A DNA stretch of 64,000 nucleotides, taken from positions 4,163 through 68,162 of the forward strand of contig JAAELT010000366.1 in NCBI GenBank assembly GCA_024226315.1, in the 5' to 3' direction. The DNA comes from a bacterium (GTDB lineage Bacteria; Acidobacteriota; Thermoanaerobaculia; Multivoradales; J023). Made by a program: the position numbers and the translations under genes. Shown here piece after piece: positions 26,653 through 35,929 of the stretch. Positions within the stretch are counted from its first letter, which is position 1; each line of letters starts with the position of its first letter. The notes below the pieces were generated by a model. That model had not been told where the DNA came from and did not search any database. It was given only the letters and a program-made list of their open reading frames with translations.

Positions 26653-27677
26653 TTCAGACCCTCAGCGATCCCGGGCGTCCACAGGTGGATGAACTCGCTG
26701 GCCACCTTCATCGGAAGCCGGATCGAGAGCAGCGCCCAGGCGAGAGAGGTCGCCGTGATGCGCAGCACGAAGACGAAGATCTCATCCTGCTGGAAGGCCG
26801 AAATCTGCTCCAGCTCGGCGGCCCAGGTGGCGGCGAAGCCCGCGCCCAGGTCGACGAAGAAGAGCAGCAGCATGTACTCGATCCCGAACTTCGCGGCGTA
26901 GCGGATGTAGTTGTCCGCCAGGCCGGCTGTAAGGCGAAAGCCCGAGAAGGCGAAAGGAATGGGCCCGAGCACTGCCAGCAGGTGACCCTCGACAGTGAGC
27001 ATCAGGGCGCGCAGCGCAATCGCCAGCATCGAGGCGAGCGTGGCCACGACGAAGACGATGTAGAGGAGCGTGAACGGCCCCATCACGACTGTCGTGTTGA
27101 ACAGGAAGAGCTTGGGCGAGAGGAAGATCTGCAGCAGGCCGAAGGCGGTGGCGGCGAGCACGTCGGGCTCGATGCCGTTTTCGAGCCCGGTAGCGGACTT
27201 GCCGAGACCGATGAAGAGCGTCATCGGCGCAACGCCCATGCGGGGCCAGAACCACAGCGTGAGGGCGAGGAAGATAAGGATCAGAAGCTGACGCGCCACG
27301 GCCTGGCCGAGCGGGAATGGCGTCTGCCCGATCGCCCCGAGCAAGGTGCGGTATCCGACGTAGGCGACCTGCAAGATGAGGCAGAGCCCGAAGATGCCGA
27401 GAGCGGCCCCCGGCGGATCGGCTCCGAGCAGGAAGACCACCCACTCATCGCTCGCCTCCTGGAGACTCGTGACGATCTGTCCAAAGAAGCCTGTACTCTG
27501 GGCGCGAGCCGGCAGCGCGAGGAACACGAGCGCCAGGGCGCTGCCGAGCCAGGACAGGGTGCGCAGCGAGGTTCGCTCGCGGAGCCGGGCCAGACGGCGG
27601 CAGGCACTGCGCGCGAGCGGATGCTCAGCCGCGCGGCGCACAGCGGCGAGGGGACGGCGGAAGATGCGAGGACTCAT
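26649..27677 (-). CDS. trbL: T4SS TrbL/VirB6
   Basis: Polytopic membrane protein in the expected operon position; E.HLLAVLGPI.FAFSG..LT...A.NY. Confidence 0.85.
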   Translation of the reverse strand: MSPRIFRRPLAAVRRAAEHPLARSACRRLARLRERTSLRTLSWLGSALALVFLALPARAQSTGFFGQIVTSLQEASDEWVVFLLGADPPGAALGIFGLCLILQVAYVGYRTLLGAIGQTPFPLGQAVARQLLILIFLALTLWFWPRMGVAPMTLFIGLGKSATGLENGIEPDVLAATAFGLLQIFLSPKLFLFNTTVVMGPFTLLYIVFVVATLASMLAIALRALMLTVEGHLLAVLGPIPFAFSGFRLTAGLADNYIRYAAKFGIEYMLLLFFVDLGAGFAATWAAELEQISAFQQDEIFVFVLRITATSLAWALLSIRLPMKVASEFIHLWTPGIAEGLK

Positions 27678-27688
27678 GGCCAACCCCC

Positions 27689-28558
27689 TCAGAAGGTCTG
27701 AACCCACCAGGGAAACGGATCGATGCCGCTCTCGCCCGTGTGCTCCGGCACGAGCTCTCCAAACTCCCCGAGGAGGGCTTCGGCGAGCTCCTCAGCAGCC
27801 CGGCTCTGCGAAGCCAGGAGCTGCATGTCGCTGTTGAGCCGATGTGCGCCGAGCGTGCCCGCGGTCATGGCGAGCGCCTCCTGGCTTTGCCGCAACGCCA
27901 CGAGTTGCTCAGCGGACAGCGCGGCGAGGGAGGTCTGAAGCTCGAGTGTCTGCTGCTGGCCCTCGGCCAGCGGCACCTGCTCCTTGAGCTGCTGGAGGTG
28001 CATCTGGCTGGCCAGCAGGTCCGCCTGGTCCTCGGCCATGGCGGCGAGCGACTGGCGCACCGCCTGGAGCGTGCGCGCGGATTGGTAGCGTGCGTACTCG
28101 AGCGGCGCGCCGAAGTGGTAGGTCCCCGCCTCGCTCTGGACCTGGAGCGAAGCGCCGGCTGCCATCTCGCTGAAGGCGCGCCACCCGGGGAAGGTGATGT
28201 CGAACTCGTAGGTGACGTTCTCGAGCGAGTGGGACAGCGCCTGGTACTGACCCTGAAGGCTGTCGAACTGCTTCAGCAGCTCGGCCTGCACCTCCAGGAA
28301 CTCGAGTACCTCCTCGCGGTACGGGATCTCCTCGAGCTTGAGGACGGTGTAGAACCAGTAGTCGAGCTCCTGGATCTGGTTGGCGATCATGATCGCCCGC
28401 TGGGCGATCTCGAACAGACGCTTCAGGTAGTCGAGAATCGACTGGATGAGGTTGCTGTAGTCGAAAACGGGGATAGCGGCGGCGCTCATCGGCGGCGGTC
28501 CGACGAACGAGAGGCCGAGAAAGGCCACGAGAGAGAGAGAGAGAAGACGACGTTTCAT
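27689..28558 (-). CDS. trbJ: T4SS TrbJ/VirB5
   Basis: Signal peptide, IPVFDYSNLIQ, Gln-rich helices, AEGQQQ.L; operon position. Confidence 0.85.
   Translation of the reverse strand: MKRRLLSLSLVAFLGLSFVGPPPMSAAAIPVFDYSNLIQSILDYLKRLFEIAQRAIMIANQIQELDYWFYTVLKLEEIPYREEVLEFLEVQAELLKQFDSLQGQYQALSHSLENVTYEFDITFPGWRAFSEMAAGASLQVQSEAGTYHFGAPLEYARYQSARTLQAVRQSLAAMAEDQADLLASQMHLQQLKEQVPLAEGQQQTLELQTSLAALSAEQLVALRQSQEALAMTAGTLGAHRLNSDMQLLASQSRAAEELAEALLGEFGELVPEHTGESGIDPFPWWVQTF
28529..28544. repeat. (GA)8 / (TC)8 microsatellite in the trbJ signal-peptide coding region
   Basis: aaggccac-gagagagagagagaga-agacg. Confidence 0.9.
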
Positions 28559-28580
28559 GCTGGACTCCTCGGTGAACGGT

Positions 28581-28880
28581 TCAAGGTTCGATGACGATCG
28601 GGAACGGGCTGGCCAGCTCGCCGTACCAGGAGGCGACGCTGCGCACGGCAGCGCAGTTGACGGCGGCAGGACACCTCGCGGTGCAGGTGGCGAGCGCCTG
28701 GACCCACAGCTCCGGCTGGCGGGTCCGGAGGTCGTCCCAGTAGAAGTCGAGGTACTCCTCGCGCAGCTGCTCCTGGTCGCAGAGTCGCTCCAGGTGGCGG
28801 CCGGCCTCCGGGTGACCGGTTCCATCGCACGCGACGAGCGCAAACACGAGTAGGTAGTGGAGGAAGCGGTGTGGTCTCAT
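28581..28880 (-). CDS. Small lipoprotein, candidate entry-exclusion protein
   Basis: Lipobox LVA-C; Cys-containing; lies between trbE and trbJ. Function inferred from position only. Confidence 0.65.
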   Translation of the reverse strand: MRPHRFLHYLLVFALVACDGTGHPEAGRHLERLCDQEQLREEYLDFYWDDLRTRQPELWVQALATCTARCPAAVNCAAVRSVASWYGELASPFPIVIEP

Positions 28881-31363
28881 GCAGCGGCTCCTGTCTCAGA
28901 GGTGGCGAGACGCTGAGCGCACTCGCTGAGGCCCAGCTCTTCGAGGTAGTGACGAAACCAGCCGTCGCCCAGGCGCGCCCGGCGCTCGGCGGCGAGTTGG
29001 TACATCTGGAAGACCGTCTTGCCCTGGCGAGGCGTCAGCAGGGCCAGAGCGAGAGGATCGAGAGCGAGCTCGAACAGCCGGCTGCCGCTCGGCGTGCTGT
29101 GGAGGTAATGGCGGCGCGGCTCCGCGGCCGCCAAGAGCTCGATCTCCTTCGCATTGAGCCCGAGTCGGGCATAGAGGTCACGCGACCCCGGGTCCGTGGC
29201 GTGCGGGTCCGGCAGGAAGATCCTGCTGGCGCAGGAGTCGAGGACCACCTTGGCGTTGGCCGCGGCGACAACCTCCTGCGGGCTCTGGGTGACCAGCCAG
29301 ACGCCGGCGTTGAGCTTGGCGAGGCGCCTGAGCCACGAGTCGATCCGGGCCGCGAAGCTGGTATCGAGAAGCGGCAGCCAGGCCTCTTCGATGAAGACGT
29401 GCGAGGGACGGCCCTCGCGCAGGCGCTGCTCGATGCGGTGGAAGAGGTAGAGCATCACCGGGATGGCGATCGTCCGGTCGCTCGAACGCATCAGGTGGGT
29501 CATCTCGAAGACCTGGAGGCGCCCGGTGGCGAGGCCGTCGGCCGAGGCGTCGAGCAGGTGCCCGTGGGCACCGTGGGCCGTATAGGGCCGGAGCGCCGCC
29601 TTGACCTCGTCGAGCTGGGTGTAGCTGCGCAGCAGCGTCAGCGTGCGCTGCTCGGCGGGCTCGCGGGCGAGCAGCTCGAGCGCCTGCTGGAGATCGCGCT
29701 CGAGATGGGGACCGTGCTCGACGGACTGGAGCTGCAGCAGCTGCAGCAGCCAGGTCAGCGCCCACTGAAGCTCCGCGGGCTCGTCGACCTGGGCCAGCGG
29801 CTGGAAGTGGATGTCGCCGCCCTCGCCGGCAATGTCGTAGTGACGGCCCGAGCAGGCGAGGGTCAGGAACGCGGAGGAGTAGTCGACGTCGAAGAGGAAG
29901 ACCTGGGAGTCGGCCCAGCGCAGGGCCTGCAGAGCGAGCAGCCCGAGAAGCACGCTCTTACCCGCCCGGGTCATGCCCAGGATCAGCCCGTGCGGCACGT
30001 TGTTGTGGATCAGGTGGAGACGGTAGGGCGTGGTCTCCTCGGTGATCGCCCAGAGGATGGGCGGCGAGTCAGGGGGATAGAGCGCCGACGGACAATAGGC
30101 GGCCCCGAGATGGGGCGAGGTGGTGCCGAGCAGGTCGGCGATGTTGCGCAGGCTGATCAGCGGCAGGCGCACGTTGTGGCGTCCGTGCGGCGGCAGACTG
30201 CCGATGAAGGCGGCCGCGGCGTTGAGCGTCTCGACCGAAGCGGGGAAGCCCTGGGCCGAGAAGCGCTCGACCAGGTGGCGGGCCTTCTCATCGGCCCCGC
30301 GGAAGGTCGGATCCGTGACCACGAAGCTCCAGCTGTAGGCGGCGTAGCGGGTCGAGCCGGAGGAGATCTCCCGCACCGCGTCCGCGGCGTCCCGGGCCAT
30401 GTCGCCCGCATGAGCGTCGGCAAAGACCTCCGCCGTGGCGCTCCGCGTCAGCCCCCGACCCTTGTTGAACCACAGCAGGCGGTGGCGGGCGAGCAGGCTC
30501 TCGCCCACCCGGCGCGACAGCGGGTAGATGCGGTGCGACGAGCGGCAGGGGAAGGCGACGGAGTGGAAGACCTCGAAGGCGTCCGAGCGCGGCGCCGAAG
30601 GGAACCCGGTGACCGCGACGACGCGGAGGTTCCGGTCCCCGATCCGCGGATGAAAACCGCCGGTGAAGCTCTCGTTGACCAGCAGGTCGCGCAGCGCGAC
30701 GCCCGAGGGAACCGCCACCGGATGGAGCTGGCCGGTCAGGCAGCACCTGAGGTGGCTGGCGAGCTCGGGCGTCGAGAGCGGCGTCATCTCGAACACCCGG
30801 CCGAGCTGCTGCTCCAGGCGCTCGACGTCCTGCCGGAACGAGTCGAAGCTGCGCCGCCAGTCGTGGGACTGCGTCGGTCCGGGCTGGTCGATGAAGAAGC
30901 TGTAGGTGCGGTCGTAGACCGGCGGCGGCGGGGAGTAGGTGGCGATCAGGACCTGGCGGCTGATGAAGTTGTGGCCGGCGGCGCTGAAGCGCCGCCGCCG
31001 CTCGTCGTCGAGCTGCGAGCTGACGGCCTCGGGAAAAGCGCCGGCCGGCGGATAGTCGGGCGCCGGGACGCGCAGCACGTCGAAATTCAGGAGCCACTGA
31101 TCTACCAGCGGCATGAAGGCTTGATTGACGGTGCGCCCGATCTCGACCAGCCGCCCTTCGGTGCACGACATGTGGTCCGGACAGCCGACGCTCCAGGCGG
31201 TCGACAGCGAGCCGTCGACGTTGAGGAGCGTGCGGTCGTCCGAAAGCGGCAGGCCCCAGAGCAGGTGGTCCGCGAAGCCCGGCTCGCCCGCGGGCGAAGT
31301 GAGGCGATCGACGAGGCGATTGAGCCCCAGGCCGACGAAGAGAGCGAGGATCGAGGTCCACAT
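28877..31363 (-). CDS. trbE: T4SS ATPase TrbE/VirB4
   Basis: HGLILGMTRAGKS, FQPL, FIEEAW, WLRRLAKLN..V..VTQS, SRIFLP. Confidence 0.95.
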   Translation of the reverse strand: MWTSILALFVGLGLNRLVDRLTSPAGEPGFADHLLWGLPLSDDRTLLNVDGSLSTAWSVGCPDHMSCTEGRLVEIGRTVNQAFMPLVDQWLLNFDVLRVPAPDYPPAGAFPEAVSSQLDDERRRRFSAAGHNFISRQVLIATYSPPPPVYDRTYSFFIDQPGPTQSHDWRRSFDSFRQDVERLEQQLGRVFEMTPLSTPELASHLRCCLTGQLHPVAVPSGVALRDLLVNESFTGGFHPRIGDRNLRVVAVTGFPSAPRSDAFEVFHSVAFPCRSSHRIYPLSRRVGESLLARHRLLWFNKGRGLTRSATAEVFADAHAGDMARDAADAVREISSGSTRYAAYSWSFVVTDPTFRGADEKARHLVERFSAQGFPASVETLNAAAAFIGSLPPHGRHNVRLPLISLRNIADLLGTTSPHLGAAYCPSALYPPDSPPILWAITEETTPYRLHLIHNNVPHGLILGMTRAGKSVLLGLLALQALRWADSQVFLFDVDYSSAFLTLACSGRHYDIAGEGGDIHFQPLAQVDEPAELQWALTWLLQLLQLQSVEHGPHLERDLQQALELLAREPAEQRTLTLLRSYTQLDEVKAALRPYTAHGAHGHLLDASADGLATGRLQVFEMTHLMRSSDRTIAIPVMLYLFHRIEQRLREGRPSHVFIEEAWLPLLDTSFAARIDSWLRRLAKLNAGVWLVTQSPQEVVAAANAKVVLDSCASRIFLPDPHATDPGSRDLYARLGLNAKEIELLAAAEPRRHYLHSTPSGSRLFELALDPLALALLTPRQGKTVFQMYQLAAERRARLGDGWFRHYLEELGLSECAQRLATSETGAAA

Positions 31364-31371
31364 GGCCGTGG

Positions 31372-31689
31372 TCAGAGCCGAGGAAGACAGGAGCGCGGGC
31401 GGAAGCCACGGGCCGGCAGCAGGGTGCCGCGGGCCGGGTAGAAACGCCGGTAGGCGAGCGACGCTGCGAAGATCCGCAGCGCCAGAGGATCCTTGGCGGT
31501 AAGGCGCGCGAGCATCGGGTGGGCCAGCAGCAGGGTCAGGACGGCGTAGACGAGGACGACCCTGGAAGCGCCGAAGGCGACGAACAGGCCGAGCAGAAAG
31601 GCGAGCTCAGCCACCAGCACGTCGAACGGAACGCTCAAGAACAACGGCGGCCGCAGCAGGCTCTGGTGGATGCGGCGCTCGCGAGCCAT
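31372..31689 (-). CDS. trbD: T4SS TrbD/VirB3
   Basis: IHQSLLRPPLFLSVP, two TMs, AKDP. Confidence 0.9.
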   Translation of the reverse strand: MARERRIHQSLLRPPLFLSVPFDVLVAELAFLLGLFVAFGASRVVLVYAVLTLLLAHPMLARLTAKDPLALRIFAASLAYRRFYPARGTLLPARGFRPRSCLPRL

Positions 31690-32009
31690 CAGTAGGTGGC
31701 CCCCACGAAGCCGAGGGCGTCGACGATGTTGGTGGCGCCGAGCACGATGGCCGTGCCCAGGAGATAGAAGAAGCCACGTTCGCCCTTGTCCTCGGCGCGC
31801 TTCTTCCACAGGTACATGCCGAAGAAGGCGAGCACCACGATCGAGACCAGGCGCCCGATGTCGCCGGTGAGCCAGTCGATGACGGTCTGGATGGGACCGG
31901 TGAAGTTGGCGAGGCTGGACGTATTGCCCGCGAAGAGGCTCGGAGCGTGGAGGAGACACACGCAGAGAAGGAAGAGGAGCGTGAGGTGCTTGGCGAAGCG
32001 GTCGGGCAT
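31689..32009 (-). CDS. trbC: Pilin TrbC/VirB2
   Basis: Signal peptide, PIQTVIDWLTG..G, two hydrophobic helices. Confidence 0.9.
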   Translation of the reverse strand: MPDRFAKHLTLLFLLCVCLLHAPSLFAGNTSSLANFTGPIQTVIDWLTGDIGRLVSIVVLAFFGMYLWKKRAEDKGERGFFYLLGTAIVLGATNIVDALGFVGATY

Positions 32010-32021
32010 CGGAGTTCTCCC

Positions 32022-32987
32022 TTACAGGCTGGTGATCGGTTCGATGACGTACTGGTGGTGATCGGTGAGCTGGCCAGCCAGCCGGTGGATGGCTGCGATG
32101 CGAGGCGTACTCGAGCCCCGGCGCAGCTCGATGACGACGTCGACGGCGCCGGCGATGTCGGGCCGCAGGCTGGCGCTGCCGGCGCGGGGATGGCGCCGTG
32201 CCAGCCGCTCGAGGCGCAGCAGAGCGCCGTGCACGTCGTCGGCGTGGAGGGTGGCGAACCCTCCCCGGTGGCCGGTCGACCAGGCATCGATCAGGTCGAG
32301 GGCCTCGCCGCTGCGAACCTCACCGACGACCAGCCGGTCGGGATTGAGGCGCAGGGCGTTGGCTACCAGCTCCTGAAGCGTGTAGCCGGTGGCCTCGGTG
32401 CGCAGACACAGATGGTCGTCGGAGGAGACGCTGATCTCTCGCACGTCTTCGAGACACAGCAGGCGCTCGCTCGGGAAGAGGTCGGCGACGAGCTTGAGGA
32501 GCGAGTTGAGGAGAGACGTCTTGCCGGTGCTGGTGCCGCCGATGATCAGGACGTTGAGCACCTCGCGAAGGACTCGGTCGAGGAGCAGTTGCTCCTGCTC
32601 TGGCGAGGCGATGAAGTCGCTCAGGGTGAAGATCTCGGGAGCGTGGACGCGGATCGAGAAGCTCGGACGCGCGGCGACCGGCGGCAGCACGGCGTGGATG
32701 CGCGCCCGATGGAAGGGCGCGTCGCCGGGAAAGCGTCCGGCAAAGAACGCGGTGCCGGGAGTCAGGGAATCGCCCTGGGAGTCGGCGAGCAGATGTAGGA
32801 CGGAGCGAATGGTCTCGGGCGGCAGCGTGCAGTCAGTCTCCTCTGGACCGGCGTGGGTCCGCAGTCGCACCCTGCCGTCCGCGTTGCAGTGGATGTCGGT
32901 CACCTCGTCGCGCTCGAAGGCGTCAAGGATCGCGCCCGAGAGGTGGCGCGCGAGGTGGCGCGCGAGGGGTGTGGTAGCTGAAGGCAT
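32022..32987 (-). CDS. trbB: T4SS ATPase TrbB/VirB11
   Basis: GGTSTGKTS, LEDVREI, ALRLNPDRLVVGEVR, TGHRGGFATLHA. Start approximate. Confidence 0.95.
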   Translation of the reverse strand: MPSATTPLARHLARHLSGAILDAFERDEVTDIHCNADGRVRLRTHAGPEETDCTLPPETIRSVLHLLADSQGDSLTPGTAFFAGRFPGDAPFHRARIHAVLPPVAARPSFSIRVHAPEIFTLSDFIASPEQEQLLLDRVLREVLNVLIIGGTSTGKTSLLNSLLKLVADLFPSERLLCLEDVREISVSSDDHLCLRTEATGYTLQELVANALRLNPDRLVVGEVRSGEALDLIDAWSTGHRGGFATLHADDVHGALLRLERLARRHPRAGSASLRPDIAGAVDVVIELRRGSSTPRIAAIHRLAGQLTDHHQYVIEPITSL

Positions 32988-33862
32988 CTCAGAGATCCGC
33001 CAACGAAGAGTCGGTTGGGTGGTTCGCTGAGTTAGAAGGTCCCATGAAGACGCCGCAGCTGTCAATCGAATAAGCCGAATATATTGATCTGATCAGTTCA
33101 ATCCATAGATGCAGCACCGCTCTCGGATCGAAGAGCCTCGGACTGAGGGTCGCTGTAGTAGGGAGGGATCGTAGGTGGTCGACGCGATGTTGCTGGCGAT
33201 CGGCCGCAGCGAGGAAGTTGCGTCACCTAGCCGGGCAGGTCCGCTCCACCGAGCTACCGCAGACCTTGCTCGGCTACCGCGTTGCTTGACGGAGCTTCGA
33301 CGCGGGGTGAAGGGCCGTCCGCCCGGCTCCGGCTGCCGGAGGTCGGCTTACAGGGGTTACCTGCTTGGATTTCCCCCGAGGGAGCATTCAGACGAATGGA
33401 CAAAGGATCAGGCCCTGTCCGAACAGGTTTTCAAGTGCGGCTGTGGGAATCGTGGCGAGGCGCCCCGCCTCACCTCATTTCAGATAGGGAGTGGCAGACA
33501 CGCCAGAGTCCACGGACCAGTCCGGGAGCTTGGCTCGAGGCCTCCAAGAAGCAGTAGTCTGCGGGAGTTCTGTGGGACAATCCAGGCCGAAATGGCAGCA
33601 CGCCCCCTTAAGGCAACGGCAAGACACAACGAGCTGGCTCAAAGGTGTCGTCCCCTTGCTCGAGCAGCTGACCCCGTGCTCGTGGTCATCATCCGGCGAA
33701 GCACAGGTCACGACGGCAATACCTGGATCCAGCGGCCCGGTATACTTATGGTGCCGAATGGTAGCTGATCCCAGCGTCGAGGCTGGGAGCGGGAGTAGTG
33801 AGGGCTCGCAGACAAGAGAAGAGGCAGCGTCGCCCAAGGATTGCAAGGAGGGATAATCTGCG

Positions 33863-35917
33863 ATGCCTGAGAATCATCTAGTCGACGTCGTGATCATTGC
33901 GGCGATGGAAGACGAGCTCAAGGAGCTGCGCAAGATCGCTTCGAGTAGCCCGGGCGAGAAGTGGTCGAATCACACGGACGCATCTGGGTACCCATATTTT
34001 CGTCGCTCCTTCGAGCACGAGGCCGGCGGGCTCCTGAGCGTGGTGGCAGCAAGCGCCTCGGGTCAGGGGGAGGCCGCTGCCACGGCGGTGGCGGGCCGCC
34101 TGATCCACGAATTCCATCCTCGCTGCCTGGCGATGAGCGGAATCTGTGCGGGCCGCCGCGGAAAAGTCTTCCTCGGCGACGTGATCGTGGCCAGCAAGGT
34201 CTTCAAGTACGACGGCGGCAAACTGATCGCCCGGCGCGATGCCGGAGGCCACCGCGTCGAGGAGGTCCTCCAGGAGATCGACGCCTATTCGCTCGATCCC
34301 AGGTGGCGGAAGTACCTGGAGCTCTGTCCGAAGGCGTGGAGCGAAGAGATCGCGCGCGATCGTCCTCTTTCCTGCGACTACCAGCTGCGCTGGCTGCTGT
34401 ATCGCCTCGCCGATGGTGAGGATCCCAGGAGCCACCCCGGGCGCCGGGCGCATTGTCCCGACTTCACCGAGACCGTCGATCGGGGCCGGAGCCTGAAGTT
34501 TCTCAGCAAGAAGGGTCTGCGGCTCATCGGGAAAGGCCGGGACCACGTCGCGGATCTCCGAGTCCGTTACCCCGACGGGCTCGAGCCGGATCCCGAGTTC
34601 AAGATCCGACTCGGGGATCTGGGTTCCGGCACCAGGGTGATCGCGGATGAGGAGATCTTCGAGACTCTAAAGAGACAGAACCGAACCACCCTCGGGCTGG
34701 AAATGGAAGCGCACGCCATCGGGTTCATTGCCGAGATCGAGCGGTTACATCACGTAATCGTCATCAAAGGGGTCCAGGACTACGCCGACGAGGGCAAGAA
34801 CGATCATTTCCGCCGCTTCGCGGCGCGCGCTTCGGCCGACCTGCTAATCCGTTTCCTGCGCCGTCACCTTCCGATGCCAGCCGAGCGGATTGTGGTCGAC
34901 GGCACTTCGCACCGGTCGAAGATCCTCGGTAGGCCGGCCCCGGGCCGCCCCTATCACGAGGCCTTCTATGTGGCCCGAAAGCAAGAAGAAGGAGAAGTGG
35001 TCTATGCTCTGAAGGGACTCCGGCCGGCATTGGTTTGGGGCCCGAAAGGTATCGGTAAGACTTGGTTCCTGCACGCGGTCCGGAGTCAGCTGCTTGCCCT
35101 GGAGTGGCAGGTGTACCTGTTCCCGATCGATCTCGTGGAGAAGCGATTCAAACGCTCCCTGCTGGACTTCCTGCAGTGTCTTTCCCGCCGGCTTGTTGAC
35201 CTCGTAGGGGGCGACTGGGAGCGGGCGGAGACTCTATGGGCGCAAGCCGAGAGCATCGGCGAGACCAGGGCTTTCGACGAGGTCTTGGAGCACCACGTCC
35301 TGCCGCGCGTGGTCGAAGTCCTCGTTCTGGTCATGGATCGGATCGACGACGTCTTGCGGTACGATTTCAGTGACGGCTTCTTCGTCACTCTGAAGCACAT
35401 CTTCGAGCGCGGCAGCTCACCACTGTGGTCGAAGCTGCGGCTGATTGGAGCGGTGTCGACGACGCCGACACGTTTGAGCGAGCAGATCGACAAGTCCCCG
35501 TTCAACAATGCGCGGCAGGTCCCGCTCAGCGACTTCAATCAGGACCAGCTCCGCCGGCTGGCGTGGATCTACGGTCTCGAATTCTCGGTGGAAGATCTCC
35601 GCCAGCTCGAGCACTGGGTGCGGGGCCAGCCGCTGCTTGCCAACTTGGCGATGGATGAGGCGGTACGTCGCGGGGAGAGCCTCAGCCAGCTACTGCTGGA
35701 TCCTGACCGCTTGTTTGGCCATCATCTCCAGAGCCTGAAACGCCAGCTGAAGGCAGAGCGTCCTGAGCTGCTCGAGGCTCTGATGTCGATACATCGCGAT
35801 CCCCTGTGCTCGATCGACCCTGAACTGCTCGACGAGCTCAGACGAGGTGGATTGGTGGATATCGACGGCAACGAGTGCCGTCTTCGCTGCCATCTTTATC
35901 AGAGTCTCATTCGCTGA
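33863..35917 (+). CDS. PNP/MTA-SAH nucleosidase domain + AAA_35-type STAND ATPase
   Basis: IIAAMEDE, MSGICAG, LGDVIVA, GLEMEA, VIKGVQDYAD..K.D; then FYVAR, GPKGIGKT, LVLVMDRID, SPFN, W..GQP.L. Confidence 0.88.
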   Translation: MPENHLVDVVIIAAMEDELKELRKIASSSPGEKWSNHTDASGYPYFRRSFEHEAGGLLSVVAASASGQGEAAATAVAGRLIHEFHPRCLAMSGICAGRRGKVFLGDVIVASKVFKYDGGKLIARRDAGGHRVEEVLQEIDAYSLDPRWRKYLELCPKAWSEEIARDRPLSCDYQLRWLLYRLADGEDPRSHPGRRAHCPDFTETVDRGRSLKFLSKKGLRLIGKGRDHVADLRVRYPDGLEPDPEFKIRLGDLGSGTRVIADEEIFETLKRQNRTTLGLEMEAHAIGFIAEIERLHHVIVIKGVQDYADEGKNDHFRRFAARASADLLIRFLRRHLPMPAERIVVDGTSHRSKILGRPAPGRPYHEAFYVARKQEEGEVVYALKGLRPALVWGPKGIGKTWFLHAVRSQLLALEWQVYLFPIDLVEKRFKRSLLDFLQCLSRRLVDLVGGDWERAETLWAQAESIGETRAFDEVLEHHVLPRVVEVLVLVMDRIDDVLRYDFSDGFFVTLKHIFERGSSPLWSKLRLIGAVSTTPTRLSEQIDKSPFNNARQVPLSDFNQDQLRRLAWIYGLEFSVEDLRQLEHWVRGQPLLANLAMDEAVRRGESLSQLLLDPDRLFGHHLQSLKRQLKAERPELLEALMSIHRDPLCSIDPELLDELRRGGLVDIDGNECRLRCHLYQSLIR

Positions 35918-35929
35918 AGTCAAATTGGT

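Noticed and set aside
28871-31441. 856-aa plus-strand ORF and similar long antisense ORFs (e.g. 17133-18398, 48347-49714, 55406-57226, 61264-62778)
   Set aside because: Shadow frames opposite well-supported genes in high-GC DNA; no motifs.
33175-33856. Several overlapping ORFs between trbB and the cargo operon
   Set aside because: None has a recognisable motif or convincing composition; treated as intergenic or decayed sequence, though a small gene cannot be excluded.
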